From: Candidatus Sungiibacteriota bacterium
GTDB lineage: Bacteria; Patescibacteriota; Minisyncoccia; Sungbacterales; JACQCQ01
Assembly (NCBI GenBank): GCA_016201505.1
Contig: JACQCQ010000002.1
Coordinates: 12,750 to 76,749 of the forward strand
Length of the DNA: 64,000 nt
Reading direction: 5' to 3'
Shown here: piece after piece, positions 56,599 through 64,000 of the stretch
Layout: each line of letters opens with the position of its first letter
How positions within the stretch are numbered: the first letter of the stretch is position 1
Made by a program: the position numbers and the translations under genes
Notes under the pieces: model-generated
Databases searched by the model: none
Told to the model about the DNA's origin: nothing
What the model saw: only the letters and a program-made list of their open reading frames with translations

Positions 56599-58041
56599 AT
56601 GAGTTCATTCATGCGTCAGTACCGGTTTATTGTGGCGATATGTTTGGTGGGCTTCATATTGCGTTTGGGGCTGTTCCTGGTTTTTTTGCATCAGGGCGGG
56701 GAAGAAAATTTACTCGTGGTTGACGCCGGCCAGTATTTTCAAATAGCGAAAAATCTTTTGGCAGGCAACGGCTTTTCCATGTCATATGCGCCGCCCTATT
56801 TGATTGACGGGGTGCGGACGCCTCTTTATCCTCTCTGGCTCGCCTTCTTTTATGGGTTGACGCATCACATCTGGCCGGCAGTTCTGGTTCAAATTATTTT
56901 AAACAGCCTTCTGCCATTTTTTGTCTACTCAATTGGAAAACGATTTATAAAAGACAAAAGAGTATTGTTTCTGGCACTCACGCTTACGGCGCTTGAGCCG
57001 AATCTGGTGTATTACACGAGCGTAGTCGGAACCGAAGGCTTATTTATTCCTTTATTTACGATCAACCTTTGGTTTTTGATGCGCTGCCTTGACGGAGGCC
57101 GTACACTAAGAAATGCTCTATACGCGGGCGCTTTTCTCAGTCTGGCAACACTTACGCGGCCCATTAGTCAATTCTTCTTCATTATCGGCGGACTTTTTTT
57201 ATTTTTCGTCACTCGCTATCTGCATCAGAATTGGCGGCGAGCGATTATGATCTCGCTCGCCTATGTCGTAATTTTTCTTTTGGTTATCAGTCCCTGGGTG
57301 TTAAGAAATTGGATTGAATTTAAATCAGTCTCTCTTTCTTCATTTACCTGGCTCAACTTCTACTCGCGTACCGCCTCCTCCGTGGTTGCGCTCCGCGATC
57401 ATAAGACCTATGGCGAGGCTTACCAGGAATTGTATGATGACTTACTTCGCGCGGGGATCATCAAAAATACCTATGATGAAAAGGAGCTGATCAAATTAAA
57501 CAGCTTCTCCGTCCAACCCGAATTGCGTCGGAGGGCCATCGACATCATAAAATCCGACCCCTCGGCAGTGCCAAAGATTTACGCTGTGACATTTTTCAAC
57601 GTTTTAACCCAAGACAACACCTATCTTGTGTTGCATCAGCTGGGAATTCTGCCAGGCGTTTCAGGGTCGGTTTCGCCCTCTCTGCTTCTTTTCCAGCGGG
57701 GGATTAAACCGGCATTGGCCACAGTTATAACGTTGGCTAGAAATCCTGTCTATGTTGTTCTCTATTCAGGTCGAGCAATTTGGTTTTTGATTACTCTACT
57801 GGCGCTCCTCGGTATTGCGGCCTCTCTAAGAAATGCGGACTGGCGCGTGCGATCCGTTGCAACTCTGCTAGCCGTTACATTACTGTACTTTTTTATTCTT
57901 GCGCTGCCCGCAACGGCTTCAGTTGATGCGCGACTCCGTGTTCCCACCGAAGCTTTTGAGATGATCTTTATATCTCTTGGCTTTTTCACGTCTGCTCGAT
58001 ATCTTAAAAAGGGAATAATGTATGAGCCGGAACATTTCTAA
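56599..58041 (+). CDS. Polytopic GT-C-fold membrane glycosyltransferase (ArnT/PMT_2-like), paralog A
   Basis: Multi-TM protein. N-terminal block AGNGFSMSYAPPYLIDGVRTPLYPLWLAFFYGLTHHIWPAVLVQ is shared with the next gene. Confidence 0.6.
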   Translation: MSSFMRQYRFIVAICLVGFILRLGLFLVFLHQGGEENLLVVDAGQYFQIAKNLLAGNGFSMSYAPPYLIDGVRTPLYPLWLAFFYGLTHHIWPAVLVQIILNSLLPFFVYSIGKRFIKDKRVLFLALTLTALEPNLVYYTSVVGTEGLFIPLFTINLWFLMRCLDGGRTLRNALYAGAFLSLATLTRPISQFFFIIGGLFLFFVTRYLHQNWRRAIMISLAYVVIFLLVISPWVLRNWIEFKSVSLSSFTWLNFYSRTASSVVALRDHKTYGEAYQELYDDLLRAGIIKNTYDEKELIKLNSFSVQPELRRRAIDIIKSDPSAVPKIYAVTFFNVLTQDNTYLVLHQLGILPGVSGSVSPSLLLFQRGIKPALATVITLARNPVYVVLYSGRAIWFLITLLALLGIAASLRNADWRVRSVATLLAVTLLYFFILALPATASVDARLRVPTEAFEMIFISLGFFTSARYLKKGIMYEPEHF

Positions 58042-59437
58042 ACCTCTTGTATACATTTATATAATTTCCCTAATCCTGCATCTTGCGGTATTTTCATTTT
58101 TCTTATTAAAACAAGGAGAAATCGGAGGACTCTTTGTGGTTGACGCCTCGGATTATGTCGGTGAGGCAAAAAATATCGCCGATGGCCATGGATTCTCGGT
58201 TACGCCGGAGGCGCCGTATATTCCCAATGCCACAATCGGACCTCTCTATCCTCTATATCTTTCAATTTTCTATCGATTTACGGGCCACTTTTGGCCGGCA
58301 GTACTTGTGCAGAATATTATTGCGAGCTTTATCCCTATTCTTGTTTTTCTTATCGGTTCTTATTTTATTTTAGACAGGCGGATTCTTTGGGGCGCGGCAT
58401 TATTTTCGGCGATCGAGCCGAATCTCCTGTATTATACCAGTGTCGTGGCGAGCGAAGGGGTTTTTATTGTGCTGCTACTTCTTTCAATGCTCGCCTTCAT
58501 TCGATTTTTGAAAACCGATAAAAAAAGCTGGCTTATCGTGAGCGCCCTCATACTCGGCCTCACGGTGCTCTCGCGCATTGCCATCCAATATCTCGTTGGC
58601 TTTTTGGCTTTTTGGCTTCTCGTTTATTTCATAAAGAAAAAATACAGTACTAAAGTAATTATTCAGAACTTAGCCATTCTCTTACTCGTCTATTTCGCCT
58701 TTATTTCTCCCTGGATGATTCGAAATTGGCGCACGTTTGGACATACGGAACTCGCCACCACGGGCTGGATTGACCTTTATACCCGAACCGGCTCTTCAGT
58801 CCGGGCTTTGGTTGAAGGCACAAGTTACGGAGAAAGTTATCACCGGCAATTGCAGGATTTGGTTGACCAAGGGATTATTAAAGATGCCGATGAGCGGGAA
58901 ATGTACGGCTTTCAATTTCAGCCGTTACTAAAAGCGCAGACGCTCACCCTGTTCCGCGAGCATCCTGAAGAGCTCGTTAAAGTTTCCCTCATTTCATTTA
59001 TTTCTATTCTGACGCAGGACAACACCTATGTCTTCCTTCACCAGGCAGGAGTTTTGCCTGCGGTGCCCGGGAACGTCTCGCCTTCGCTCATCCTCTTTCA
59101 AAAAGGCATTCGCGGAGTTGTGGCAACGATGCTCACTCTCGCGAGAAACCAGGCCTATCTTGTGATTTACGCGGGGCGGATTCTCTGGGCGATTCTTACT
59201 GTTTTGTTTGCCGTCGGTGTCTATGCCCTGTGGAAGGCGAAAGAGAGCCGTGCTTTCATTTCATTTTTAATGCTGGTAATTTTCTACGTCTGGGGGATCT
59301 CAATTCCCTTGACCGCAAGTATCTCGGCTCGCTATCGAACGCCAATTATTCCTATTATGTCGCTTTTTATTGTTGTTGGCGCTTGGTATCTCGCCTATCG
59401 CATATTCTCTCGTTATGTCTCGCCGCGTTCCCAATAA
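58022..59437 (+). CDS. Polytopic GT-C-fold membrane glycosyltransferase (ArnT/PMT_2-like), paralog B
   Basis: ADGHGFSVTPEAPYIPNATIGPLYPLYLSIFYRFTGHFWPAVLVQ is colinear with paralog A throughout. Confidence 0.6.
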   Translation: MSRNISKPLVYIYIISLILHLAVFSFFLLKQGEIGGLFVVDASDYVGEAKNIADGHGFSVTPEAPYIPNATIGPLYPLYLSIFYRFTGHFWPAVLVQNIIASFIPILVFLIGSYFILDRRILWGAALFSAIEPNLLYYTSVVASEGVFIVLLLLSMLAFIRFLKTDKKSWLIVSALILGLTVLSRIAIQYLVGFLAFWLLVYFIKKKYSTKVIIQNLAILLLVYFAFISPWMIRNWRTFGHTELATTGWIDLYTRTGSSVRALVEGTSYGESYHRQLQDLVDQGIIKDADEREMYGFQFQPLLKAQTLTLFREHPEELVKVSLISFISILTQDNTYVFLHQAGVLPAVPGNVSPSLILFQKGIRGVVATMLTLARNQAYLVIYAGRILWAILTVLFAVGVYALWKAKESRAFISFLMLVIFYVWGISIPLTASISARYRTPIIPIMSLFIVVGAWYLAYRIFSRYVSPRSQ

Positions 59438-61019
59438 AAAAATCGTCGTTGTTATGCCGGCCTATCACGCGGTGAGGACCTTAGAGCGGACGTTTAGGGC
59501 TATCCCCAGAGACTGGGTGGATGAAATTATATTGGTAGACGATGCTTCATCAGATGAAACAGCGAACCTTGCCAGATCGCTTGGGATTACGACCATTGTT
59601 CACCAAAAAAATAAAGGCTACGGCGGGAATCAAAAAACCTGCTATCAGGAAGCGCTGGCGCGCGGCGGCAATATTGTCGTCATGGTGCATCCCGATTTTC
59701 AGTATGATCCGAAATATATTCCTCAATTAATTGCGGAAATTGCGAGCGGCAGAGGCGATGCGTGTTTTGGGTCGCGTATGATTTTAGAGGGAGGTGCCAG
59801 AGCCGGCGGCATGCCCTGGTGGAAATTCATCTCTAACATTTTTCTCACCAAGATCGAGAACCTGATTTTAGGTCTTGGTTTGACAGAGTATCATTCTGGT
59901 TTCCGTTCTTATAGCCGTAAGGCCCTCGAGTCTTTACCGATTGAAGCTCTTTCTGATGGATTTATCTTCGATAGCGAGATTATTGTGGGCCTCCGGCTTT
60001 GTGGCTTTGGGATCCGTGAGATCCCCATAGAGACACGTTACTTTAAGGAGGCTTCTATGGTTGGTTTTGCAAAGAGCGTAGAGTACGGCTTCTCTATTTT
60101 GAAGCTTATGCTCGATTTTATTTTATTTCGTGCCGGATTTAGAGCAGATCCGCGTTTTCGCGTGGCACTACCTTTTTGTCCAGTTTGTAAAAGCCAAAGA
60201 ACTTTTCTCACGCACCCGGCCACCATTCTTTCGGTCGCTCATTATACCATCACCGAGGCTGCCAGAAATAAGCACTTCAATATTTTTGTCTGTCGCAATT
60301 GTGGCTCAGGTTTTCAGCCATTTCCTGGCGGGAGGCGAGCACTGCTTGATTTTTATACGATGCAACCAGAAGATACAACCTACTTACAAGAGGAAGCCGG
60401 AAGAAGAAAAAGCTTTGTCCGAGTGCTTCGTCGAATCAACCGTATAACGAAGAAGGGAAAAATTTTAGACATCGGGGCCGGGCCGGGGATTTTTTTAGAT
60501 GAGGCGAGGCTCCGGGGTTGGGAAGTTACCGGCATTGAACTATCAGAAGCTGCAGTCGGTATAGCCAAAAATCGATATGGCATCCGCATTATTGAGGGGG
60601 CTTTGGATGCGTTACATGTTTTCCCCGATCACTCATTTGATGCAATAACTGCTTTTGATGTCATTGAGCATCTCGAGGAGCCAAAAGAATTATTACAAGA
60701 AGCGGCGCGTCTTCTTACGGCTGATGGAATTCTTGTTTTAACTACGCCGAAATTTGATAGCCTTTTATCGCGCGTCTTACGATCCCGCTGGTATGCCATT
60801 CTTCCAGCGCACCTTTTTTACTTTACTAATCGTGGCATCGAACATCTCATAGAAGATTCTCAATTTTATTTAATCAAATCTCACTATTTTAGGCGCTACT
60901 TCTCCCTCTCGTATATTTTCGAGCGTGTTCGAGGCCGCCCGGCGGGGAAAAAAGCCGGGCTCGTTATTCCGCTCCAGCTTTTTGATGAGTTCGAGTTGTA
61001 TCTAAAAAAACACAGCTAG
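59415..61019 (+). CDS. Bifunctional DPM1-like GT2 glycosyltransferase (N) and class I SAM-methyltransferase (C), with a CxxC...CxxC zinc-ribbon-like linker
   Basis: N-terminal KKIVVVMPAYHAVRTLE...LVDDASSDET (GT2). Linker CPVCKSQ...CRNCGSG. C-terminal ILDIGAGPGIFLDEA SAM motif. Confidence 0.7.
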   Translation: MSRRVPNKKIVVVMPAYHAVRTLERTFRAIPRDWVDEIILVDDASSDETANLARSLGITTIVHQKNKGYGGNQKTCYQEALARGGNIVVMVHPDFQYDPKYIPQLIAEIASGRGDACFGSRMILEGGARAGGMPWWKFISNIFLTKIENLILGLGLTEYHSGFRSYSRKALESLPIEALSDGFIFDSEIIVGLRLCGFGIREIPIETRYFKEASMVGFAKSVEYGFSILKLMLDFILFRAGFRADPRFRVALPFCPVCKSQRTFLTHPATILSVAHYTITEAARNKHFNIFVCRNCGSGFQPFPGGRRALLDFYTMQPEDTTYLQEEAGRRKSFVRVLRRINRITKKGKILDIGAGPGIFLDEARLRGWEVTGIELSEAAVGIAKNRYGIRIIEGALDALHVFPDHSFDAITAFDVIEHLEEPKELLQEAARLLTADGILVLTTPKFDSLLSRVLRSRWYAILPAHLFYFTNRGIEHLIEDSQFYLIKSHYFRRYFSLSYIFERVRGRPAGKKAGLVIPLQLFDEFELYLKKHS

Positions 61020-61020
61020 T

Positions 61021-61950
61021 TTATTTCCCCAAAGCAAACCGCTGGGACGGCGTAAGGCGTCTGGCTTCTTCTTCTAGTTTGGGCGAGAGCTTCAAGAGAA
61101 TCGGGCGCGGGGAGGCCTCGCTAAAATAACCGGCGGTAAACATCAGCCGCTCTTTCTCTTTGGCATAGCCTCCGCGATGGAGTCCGCTCGTATCGCAAAA
61201 CACAATCGTTCCCGCGCGTCCCGTGCAGGTCACGACTTCGCTTCGCGGGATGATCTTTTCGATGGCGCCATCCGGTGGATAATAGCCGTGCGGCGGACGC
61301 TGGCGAAAAATACTTCGCCACCTGCCGCCATAATGCGAATCTTTAATGTAGGTAAACGGACCGGTTAGATCATCGACGTCATTTAAATACAAAAAAATCT
61401 TGGTCATCTTTTTGTCTTCCGGATCGCGGTGCCAGCGTTGGGAGTCTTTGGGTGGCGCTTCGTTTCCGACGGGCAATGTGACGTTTAATGAGGTTATGAA
61501 AAACTTCGCGTACATTTCTAAATAGCCGTTGATCGTTGCCAGAATTTTTTCGTTTAACGCCAATTGAAAAAAGGGATTTGCAAGATCAATTTCCGGTAGC
61601 CGATTGAAGAGAGCCAAGAGAAAAGTCTTTTTGGCGCTGGGAACGGCTTTCATTCGTAAATTATTGGCATAGGCCTGGAGTTTAGGCAGCCATTCCGGCC
61701 CAAGCAGAATATCGAGATGTGAAATCGCAATTCCGTTTTGTTTCAGCTCGCTCGCAATTCGTTTTTCCTCCGCCCCCAAAGAGTGCTGGGTCGTATCGCC
61801 TTCGTACATGGCTCTCGATTTTCCATTCAGCCGCCACCAAATCGGCCAGACAGTGCGGACCAGGTAATAGGGCCGCAGCGTAGCGTTTTTAGCCTCAATA
61901 AGGTATGATTTGACGCGATGCGCCATAGATATCGTTACTATAACATACAA
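61021..61950 (-). CDS. PhyH-like Fe(II)/2-oxoglutarate-dependent dioxygenase
   Basis: WHRDPE (HxD) and a downstream GLHRG histidine, about 60 residues apart. Family-typical length. Confidence 0.55.
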   Translation of the reverse strand: MYVIVTISMAHRVKSYLIEAKNATLRPYYLVRTVWPIWWRLNGKSRAMYEGDTTQHSLGAEEKRIASELKQNGIAISHLDILLGPEWLPKLQAYANNLRMKAVPSAKKTFLLALFNRLPEIDLANPFFQLALNEKILATINGYLEMYAKFFITSLNVTLPVGNEAPPKDSQRWHRDPEDKKMTKIFLYLNDVDDLTGPFTYIKDSHYGGRWRSIFRQRPPHGYYPPDGAIEKIIPRSEVVTCTGRAGTIVFCDTSGLHRGGYAKEKERLMFTAGYFSEASPRPILLKLSPKLEEEARRLTPSQRFALGK

Positions 61951-61959
61951 GCTTAGCCC

Positions 61960-62733
61960 ATGAAGAGTATAGCAGAGCAGGTCGCAACTCGGTACATCGG
62001 CGCTGGCCGATACTTTCGCGGTGAATATAAGAAAGACGGATTGGCTGCCATTGTTCTGCTTGGTAAAAAATTCCCGTTTTATAAAAATGTTGTCTACAAG
62101 TTTTATCAGCCCAGAAAATTCCAGCGGTATTTTTTAACTGATGATCAGTTCGGAAAATTCTTAGAGGGGACCATCTTGGATGTGGGGAGCAGGGAAGACA
62201 CGATGAAGAGCGTTTTAAAACGAAACGCGGTTTTGGTGGATAAAAACAATCCCAATTTACTTCCCTTCGACTGGGAAAAGGCAGACCTGCCCTTTCCGGC
62301 GAATTCGTTTGACACGGTCGTTTGTCTTGACACGTTAGAACATATTAACGATTTACATCGTTCATTCTATGATCTGCTCCGCGTATCTAAACATTATGTA
62401 ATTATTTCTCTTCCGAATCCCTGGAGGAAAACATTTAAGCGGATGCTTGGCGGGACATGGGATAAGGGGGACTATGGCCTGCCGCCTGAAAAACCTTTCG
62501 ATCGACATAAATGGTTTTTTAACACTGAAGATATAGAGTATTTTATTTTTTATAACTCCGTTACATCTCCGTATCCGTATGAAATAAGGGAACTTCGTTA
62601 TCACATTCCTGTAACCGTAAGGAAGCATAGAATAATGTATCCGCTAGCGCGCTTGATTCTCCCAGAACGATATATTAAAAATCTTTTCGTCAATACTTTT
62701 TTCTTTGTGATTGAAAAGAAAAACGGAAAATGA
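61960..62733 (+). CDS. Class I SAM-dependent methyltransferase (Methyltransf_11-like)
   Basis: ILDVGSREDT ... FDTVVCLDTLEHI motifs. Confidence 0.55.
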   Translation: MKSIAEQVATRYIGAGRYFRGEYKKDGLAAIVLLGKKFPFYKNVVYKFYQPRKFQRYFLTDDQFGKFLEGTILDVGSREDTMKSVLKRNAVLVDKNNPNLLPFDWEKADLPFPANSFDTVVCLDTLEHINDLHRSFYDLLRVSKHYVIISLPNPWRKTFKRMLGGTWDKGDYGLPPEKPFDRHKWFFNTEDIEYFIFYNSVTSPYPYEIRELRYHIPVTVRKHRIMYPLARLILPERYIKNLFVNTFFFVIEKKNGK

Positions 62734-62754
62734 TGAGTTTGAGTTCTATATATC

Positions 62755-64000
62755 ATGGTTCTGGATAAAAAATCATTTTCCCGAAATGTTGCAGAGGCCT
62801 TCGCCTGGTCTTCCGCCGGATCATGGATCATACGAGTAGTTGGGATTTTCACCACAGTCTTGGTGCTGGCGCAGTTTTCCTTGCGGGATTATGGGACGTA
62901 TCAATTAGTTCTTGCCGCTTGGGGCCTTTTATTTTCGTTTTCGCTTCAGGGAGTTGATCAAATTGTGGTAGCGGAGGGGGCTCGTATCACTGGCAAAGAT
63001 GAATATGCAGCCGTCCTTCTTGGACAGGGTTATTTTCTTTTTAAGTTATTCTCAAGTGCCATATTATTCACTCTGCTGTATCTTGGGGCACATATTCTCT
63101 CAGGTTGGTATAGTCTCGATATTGTTTCTTTACTAAAGGTCCTTTCGCTTTCATTCATCGCAGTTCCATTTGAGCGCTTGATAAATTATCATCTTGCGCG
63201 GCATTTAAAATTTTTCCAGACAAGCCTGTACACCGTCCTCGAGGAGGTTTCAAAATTTGTCCTTATCGCGGTCGTTCTATTATTATTTCACTTCCGCATC
63301 GGAGCTGTTCTTGCGGCAACTGCATTGTCTGCTATTGGGACCATGATCGTATTTATTCCCATAGTACCGCGGAAGTATTTTTATTTTTCACGCCATTCGC
63401 TTTCATCGCTTTTCCATTTAATTATAGTCAGACACGGAAAATGGAATATCTTTCAAAAGTATATTCGCCAAACCGAGAAAAATATCCGTCCCATCTTTGT
63501 TGAGTATTTTATTGGCCGCGAAGGAGTGGCTTTATTTTCGGTTGCGGAAAAGCTTTTTAACACATTTGCTGATCTCTTCCCTATCTCGGATGTACTCACG
63601 CCCATTCTTTCAACCGAGCTTGAAAATCGCGCCCGTTTGCAACGCACGTTAGAACGTGTTTTTAAATATACATTTCCGTTGTTGGCGATAATTTCTACTG
63701 TGGTCGCACTAGTTGCTCCTTTTATACTTGCGTACGCATTTCCTCAGTACATACCGGCATTGTCCCTCTTTAATATTTTGCTGTTTTATATACCCTTTCT
63801 TGGCTTGGGCTATACGCTTACGTCACTTTATTTTTCTCAGCGGGAACAAAAAGAGGCATTTTATTTAATTTTGATACGCTTTGGCTTGTATGTGGTGACC
63901 GCGCCGCTTCTTTTGAAGACGCTTGGTCTTTGGGGAGTTGCCATTGAATATAGTGCCACCCTCATTTTTTTCGATATTCTTCGATATTGGTCCCTGGTTC
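62755..64000 (+). CDS. Wzx/MOP-superfamily polysaccharide-biosynthesis flippase-like membrane protein (3' end beyond window)
   Basis: ATG 62755 with an open frame to the window end (no stop codon seen, checked codon by codon). More than 10 hydrophobic segments. Absent from the ORF track because it is unterminated. Confidence 0.5.
   Translation, partial: MVLDKKSFSRNVAEAFAWSSAGSWIIRVVGIFTTVLVLAQFSLRDYGTYQLVLAAWGLLFSFSLQGVDQIVVAEGARITGKDEYAAVLLGQGYFLFKLFSSAILFTLLYLGAHILSGWYSLDIVSLLKVLSLSFIAVPFERLINYHLARHLKFFQTSLYTVLEEVSKFVLIAVVLLLFHFRIGAVLAATALSAIGTMIVFIPIVPRKYFYFSRHSLSSLFHLIIVRHGKWNIFQKYIRQTEKNIRPIFVEYFIGREGVALFSVAEKLFNTFADLFPISDVLTPILSTELENRARLQRTLERVFKYTFPLLAIISTVVALVAPFILAYAFPQYIPALSLFNILLFYIPFLGLGYTLTSLYFSQREQKEAFYLILIRFGLYVVTAPLLLKTLGLWGVAIEYSATLIFFDILRYWSLV

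Noticed and set aside
50714-59437. GT-C proteins as PglB/AglB-type oligosaccharyltransferases
   Set aside because: No WWDxG/WWDYG motif was found in any of the three GT-C ORFs. The ArnT/PMT_2-like assignment is preferred.

Overview
This 64-kb window reads as a bacterial chromosomal segment using the standard genetic code. TGA is used as a stop codon, and an RF2 gene with its programmed +1 frameshift is present. The gene content, with many GIY-YIG genes beside tRNAs, Ser/Thr-rich giant surface proteins and a large glycosylation island, would fit a small-genome or CPR-like bacterium, but that is inference only.

The window runs in this order:
- A GC-rich thyA-folA block (plus a probable dCMP-deaminase 3' end) in which DHFR is fused to a C-terminal HIT-like domain.
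- gatB, then tRNA-Gly surrounded by decayed tRNA fragments.
- Two tandem paralogous putative glycoside-hydrolase-like secreted proteins.
- tRNA-Thr followed by prfB, with ftsE-ftsX downstream.
- tRNA-Gln, an RRM protein, and alr-msrA-SGNH hydrolase.
- An Fe-S and redox neighbourhood: cupredoxin, PAS protein, peroxiredoxin, NifS, IscU/NifU, ferredoxin, Rieske protein, SOD and Nfu. The IscU gene carries a 382-aa LAGLIDADG intein.
- htrA and clpB.
- A cell-surface cluster from about 31.6 to 40.3 kb: a 1163-aa Thr/Gly/Ser-rich protein, three proteins with a shared peptidoglycan-binding-like domain, and a lamin-tail/PKD protein.
- A glycosylation island of about 24 kb from 40.3 to 64 kb. It holds GT4, GT2 and GT-C glycosyltransferases, four bifunctional fusions, many SAM-methyltransferases, CE4 deacetylases, gmd and fcl for GDP-fucose, a PhyH-like dioxygenase and a Wzx-like flippase.

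The most unusual signal is a set of three small paralogous GIY-YIG nuclease genes (at about 2.2, 8.4 and 12.4 kb), each with hallmarks of a mini mobile element that inserts into translation genes and carries a spare copy of the piece it disrupts.
- The copy at 8.4 kb sits at the prfB CTT-TGA-C recoding site, between TTTGACC repeats. It lies between two diverged tandem copies of the 22-codon RF2 leader ORF0.
- The copy at 12.4 kb follows tRNA-Gln and is flanked by a duplicated tRNA 3' end.
- The copy at 2.2 kb is bounded by roughly 30-bp terminal inverted repeats.

No CRISPR array or rRNA was found.
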